Below, piece by piece: positions 21,572 through 24,044 of a stretch of DNA of 24,044 bases. The DNA is from a virus (taxonomy: Duplodnaviria; Caudoviricetes). Position 1 is the first letter of the stretch, and each line of letters opens with the position of its first letter. Made by a program: the position numbers and the translations under genes. Location: the IMG/VR virus record IMGVR_UViG_3300045838_000021, positions 1 through 24,044 of that record. The stretch is one strand, 5' to 3'. The notes under the pieces are model-generated. The model made no database searches, was not told the origin of the DNA, and was given only the letters and a program-made list of their open reading frames with translations.

Positions 21572-23169
21572 GTGAACGAAGCGTAGAGATCCTCGGCCTC
21601 GTTGTACACCGGCCCGCTGTCGCCCCGGTACGGGCCCTCCACGCCGCTGGCCGTGATGTTGATGACGAGCGCCATGACCGCGTCGTCGTGGAGCTTCTTG
21701 TCCACGTTCCCCTGGTAGCCCCCGGCGTGGGTCACGAAGCCCCGCATCTGCATGTAGGTGACCTCGTCGTGGATGGTGAGGGCCCGCTCCCCGATCAGGA
21801 AGCAGGTCCGGCCGATGGCCCAGTCCTTGCGCTTCCAGGACGACTCCCAGCCCAGGCTCTGGCTGACCTTGCCCTGGGACTTGTCGGCCCAGCGATGGTG
21901 CCAGATGCTCGGGTAGTCCCTCTCGATGATGGCGGCGATGGTGGCCTGGCCCCCACCGGAGACCTCGGGGCAGAGCATGGCCCCTCCGTACCAGTAGCCC
22001 AGCTTGATCATCTCCCCGGCGAAGGACACCGGGTCGATGTGGCCGTGCCAGACCGCCACCTGCTCATGGGTGGCCCGGTTGAAGACCATGATGCAGGCCG
22101 GGTCCCCGTAGGTGGTCTGGCTGGGGTCCCCACTCACGAAGTACAGGTCCGGTGTGACGTCCTCGGCCGGAGCCTTGTAGATGGTCAGGGGGCCCCTCTG
22201 GTCGGGCTCGAAGCGGATCCGGCCGCCGTCGTCCAGCAACATGCCCCGGTAGCCCTGCATCGGCTCGTAGCAGTCCATGAGGGCCTCCAGGGGGAAGACC
22301 GGGGTGCCGCTGACGATGAAGGCGTCGGTGTCGGTGGCGGGCATCTCCTGGTTGAAGTAGGCCTCGTCGTGGCGGAAGTCGGTGGGGAGGACCTCGCGCC
22401 TCCACTGGAGGTTCTCGAAGCTGGCACCAAGATCCAACAGACGGCGCTCTTCCGTTGTCAGTTCGAGGCGGCTGCACAGAGTCGTTGGAAGTTGGTACTC
22501 CGGGTGCTTGAACCAGGGGAAGAACAGGGGGACGTACTTGGTCCCGCCCTCCTTGGACTCCTGCCAGAACTCGTAGAACCACCCGGCCGCTCCGTTGGCG
22601 GTGGACTCCAGGCAGATGAAGGTGCCGTGCTTCTTGGGCACCGTCTGGTTCAGGGCCACCATGAGGAGTTCCGGCTCGTCGTAGAAGGCGCACTCACTGA
22701 GGTGGACGCAGTGCAGGGTCCGACCCCTCGGGGCCTCCACGTTCTTGGCGCTGGCGATCTTGAGGCCGGAGCGGGTCTCGTCCCACATGAACCGCTTCTG
22801 GGAGGCGTGCCGGACGTGGAACAGGGGTCGGAAGGGCCAGGACTCCCAGTAGAACTGCGTCTTCTCGAACAGGCCCTGGGAGGCGTCCCCCTGGTGGGCG
22901 ATGACCAGGCCCTGCATCCCCTTGTGGAACATGAGCCAGAGGAAGATGATCCCCTCGGTCACGGTGGAGATGCCCAGTTGCCGGGCCTTCAAGGTGATGA
23001 TCCTTACCGGGTCGCCCTGGTTGTACTTGTCCTCCACCACCTTGCACAGTTCCCGCTGGGCCCAGGCGAAGGGCTCATGAATCGGGAACCTCCTCGCCGT
23101 CGCCTCCTTGTCGATGATGCTCAGAGTCTCCAGGTACGGAGCCAGCTTCAATGGCCGCCTGAACGGCAT
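21568..23169 (-). CDS. terL: Terminase large subunit (533 aa)
   Basis: Walker A LKARQLGIST, Walker B GRTLHCVHLSECAF, coupling motif ESTANG, PLFFPW, nuclease SGDPS...D and HDDAVMAL. Confidence 0.95.
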   Translation of the reverse strand: MPFRRPLKLAPYLETLSIIDKEATARRFPIHEPFAWAQRELCKVVEDKYNQGDPVRIITLKARQLGISTVTEGIIFLWLMFHKGMQGLVIAHQGDASQGLFEKTQFYWESWPFRPLFHVRHASQKRFMWDETRSGLKIASAKNVEAPRGRTLHCVHLSECAFYDEPELLMVALNQTVPKKHGTFICLESTANGAAGWFYEFWQESKEGGTKYVPLFFPWFKHPEYQLPTTLCSRLELTTEERRLLDLGASFENLQWRREVLPTDFRHDEAYFNQEMPATDTDAFIVSGTPVFPLEALMDCYEPMQGYRGMLLDDGGRIRFEPDQRGPLTIYKAPAEDVTPDLYFVSGDPSQTTYGDPACIMVFNRATHEQVAVWHGHIDPVSFAGEMIKLGYWYGGAMLCPEVSGGGQATIAAIIERDYPSIWHHRWADKSQGKVSQSLGWESSWKRKDWAIGRTCFLIGERALTIHDEVTYMQMRGFVTHAGGYQGNVDKKLHDDAVMALVINITASGVEGPYRGDSGPVYNEAEDLYASFT

Positions 23170-23554
23170 CCTCGATCTCCTCGTTGGAGAGCTTGCCCAT
23201 GAGCGTGTCGAACTCCGCTCGCAGTTCCTCCATCATGACCGGGGAGTCCCCACCGATCAGGGGCATGAGCCGGGTGATGAGCGTGCGGGCCATCATGGAC
23301 CGCTCCTTGAAGTTGCCGAACTGGAGCACGTCCACCGCCACCTCGATGGACATCCACGCCACCCTTCGCAGGGCCGTGGCCAGCTCCTCGTCCTCGGCTG
23401 AGCGGTAGACCCGCACCACGCTGGTGGTACGGCTGAGCTTGTCCACCTGGGCCACAGGGATGGACAGCAGGTCGGCCACGGCGGTGGGGGTCATCTGGCG
23501 CTCCAGGAGCTTCATCGCCACCTTGCGCTCGGCCTGGGTCAGTCCAGTAGCCAC
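23075..23554 (-). CDS. Putative terminase small subunit (159 aa)
   Basis: N-terminal HTH-like TPTAVADLLSIPVAQV followed by helices; directly upstream of and overlapping TerL; AGGAG RBS. Confidence 0.7.
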   Translation of the reverse strand: MATGLTQAERKVAMKLLERQMTPTAVADLLSIPVAQVDKLSRTTSVVRVYRSAEDEELATALRRVAWMSIEVAVDVLQFGNFKERSMMARTLITRLMPLIGGDSPVMMEELRAEFDTLMGKLSNEEIEDAVQAAIEAGSVPGDSEHHRQGGDGEEVPDS

Positions 23555-23781
23555 GCCGATCTCCTGGCCTCGATCTCCACATGGATGCGGTACCCGTAGA
23601 GCCGGATGACCTTGGCGATCTCGCTGGCCTCTCTCCCGGGCACGATCAGGTTCACCACCAGGTTCCCGTCCCTGGTACTGACGAAGGTCCCCAGCGTGGC
23701 CTCGAACTCGATCTTGCCCTCAGGGACCGGGCCCTCGGTCAGGAACTCCTCGGTCCGTCTTCGCTGGCGGGGAGCGACCAC
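23539..23781 (-). CDS. Hypothetical protein (80 aa)
   Basis: GGAGGAGG before GTG; GC3-rich codons; overlaps its neighbours. Confidence 0.7.
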   Translation of the reverse strand: MVAPRQRRRTEEFLTEGPVPEGKIEFEATLGTFVSTRDGNLVVNLIVPGREASEIAKVIRLYGYRIHVEIEARRSAWLLD

Positions 23782-23981
23782 GGTTCCTCCTCCCAGGCCG
23801 GGTACAGATCGGCGATCTCCGTGGGCTGCTCCAAGTCAGGGAGCTTGGGCTGAGCCAGGTCCTTGGGTCCGTAGACCATCTCCAGGGCCCGGCTCACCGT
23901 CTGGGTCACGATCCTGGCCAGTCCCCAGGTCACCGCCAGCATCAGCCCGCTGATGACCACCGCCACCCCCAAAATTTCCAC
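23739..23981 (-). CDS. Small protein with N-terminal TM segment (80 aa)
   Basis: ILGVAVVISGLMLAVTWGLA hydrophobic helix then an acidic tail; apparently the first gene of the operon. Confidence 0.65.
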   Translation of the reverse strand: MEILGVAVVISGLMLAVTWGLARIVTQTVSRALEMVYGPKDLAQPKLPDLEQPTEIADLYPAWEEEPWSLPASEDGPRSS

Positions 23982-23989
23982 GATTCCTG

Positions 23990-24018
23990 AATGTACTGGT
24001 CCGGAGTCCTACTGGAAA
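23990..24018 (-). promoter_or_regulatory. Putative promoter of the packaging/structural operon
   Basis: TTTCCA-N17-TACATT, ending 8 nt before the GTG at 23981. Confidence 0.45.
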
Positions 24019-24044
24019 TATCCCCTCCCCGACCCAGAGAGACC

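Larger units (their letters stand above)
1..24044 (-). mobile_element. Tailed phage/prophage structural module (podovirus-like: TerS-TerL-portal-scaffold-MCP-fibres-nozzle-adaptor-ejection proteins)
   Basis: Continuous minus-strand operon with recognisable terminase, portal, capsid and S74 tail fibre. No sheath, tube or tape-measure module seen. No host genes, integrase or att site in the window, so free phage vs prophage cannot be decided. Confidence 0.95.

Noticed and set aside
1-24044. CRISPR array, tRNA/rRNA, DGR template/variable repeats, intein or intron
   Set aside because: No regularly spaced identical repeats, no intergenic room or cloverleaf seen, no reverse transcriptase; TerL, portal and MCP are of normal length and uninterrupted.

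Overview
The whole window is the packaging and virion-morphogenesis region of a high-GC (roughly 65-70%) tailed phage or prophage. It has a podovirus-type architecture and is probably actinobacterial (inferred). All real genes lie on the minus strand and are tightly coupled. In transcription order (right to left): small membrane ORF, 80-aa ORF, TerS, TerL, Zn-ribbon protein, 38-aa TM peptide, portal, then a cassette of micro-ORFs, scaffold, major capsid, decoration protein, fibre genes with an embedded GT2 glycosyltransferase, an S74-chaperone tail fibre, nozzle, adaptor and three internal/ejection proteins. The last of these is a >1905-aa polyvalent protein with a GNAT domain; the ORF track misses it because it runs off the left edge. 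The standout is at 18627-19051, between portal and scaffold: six consecutive 12-29-aa Arg/Lys-rich micro-ORFs, four junctions of which are TGATG stop/start overlaps. They sit downstream of an apparent dedicated leaderless promoter, and the ORF track reports none of them with the correct start. They look like protamine-like DNA-condensing peptides, or alternatively ribosome-binding peptides. Functional calls come from motif recognition and gene order, not database searches.
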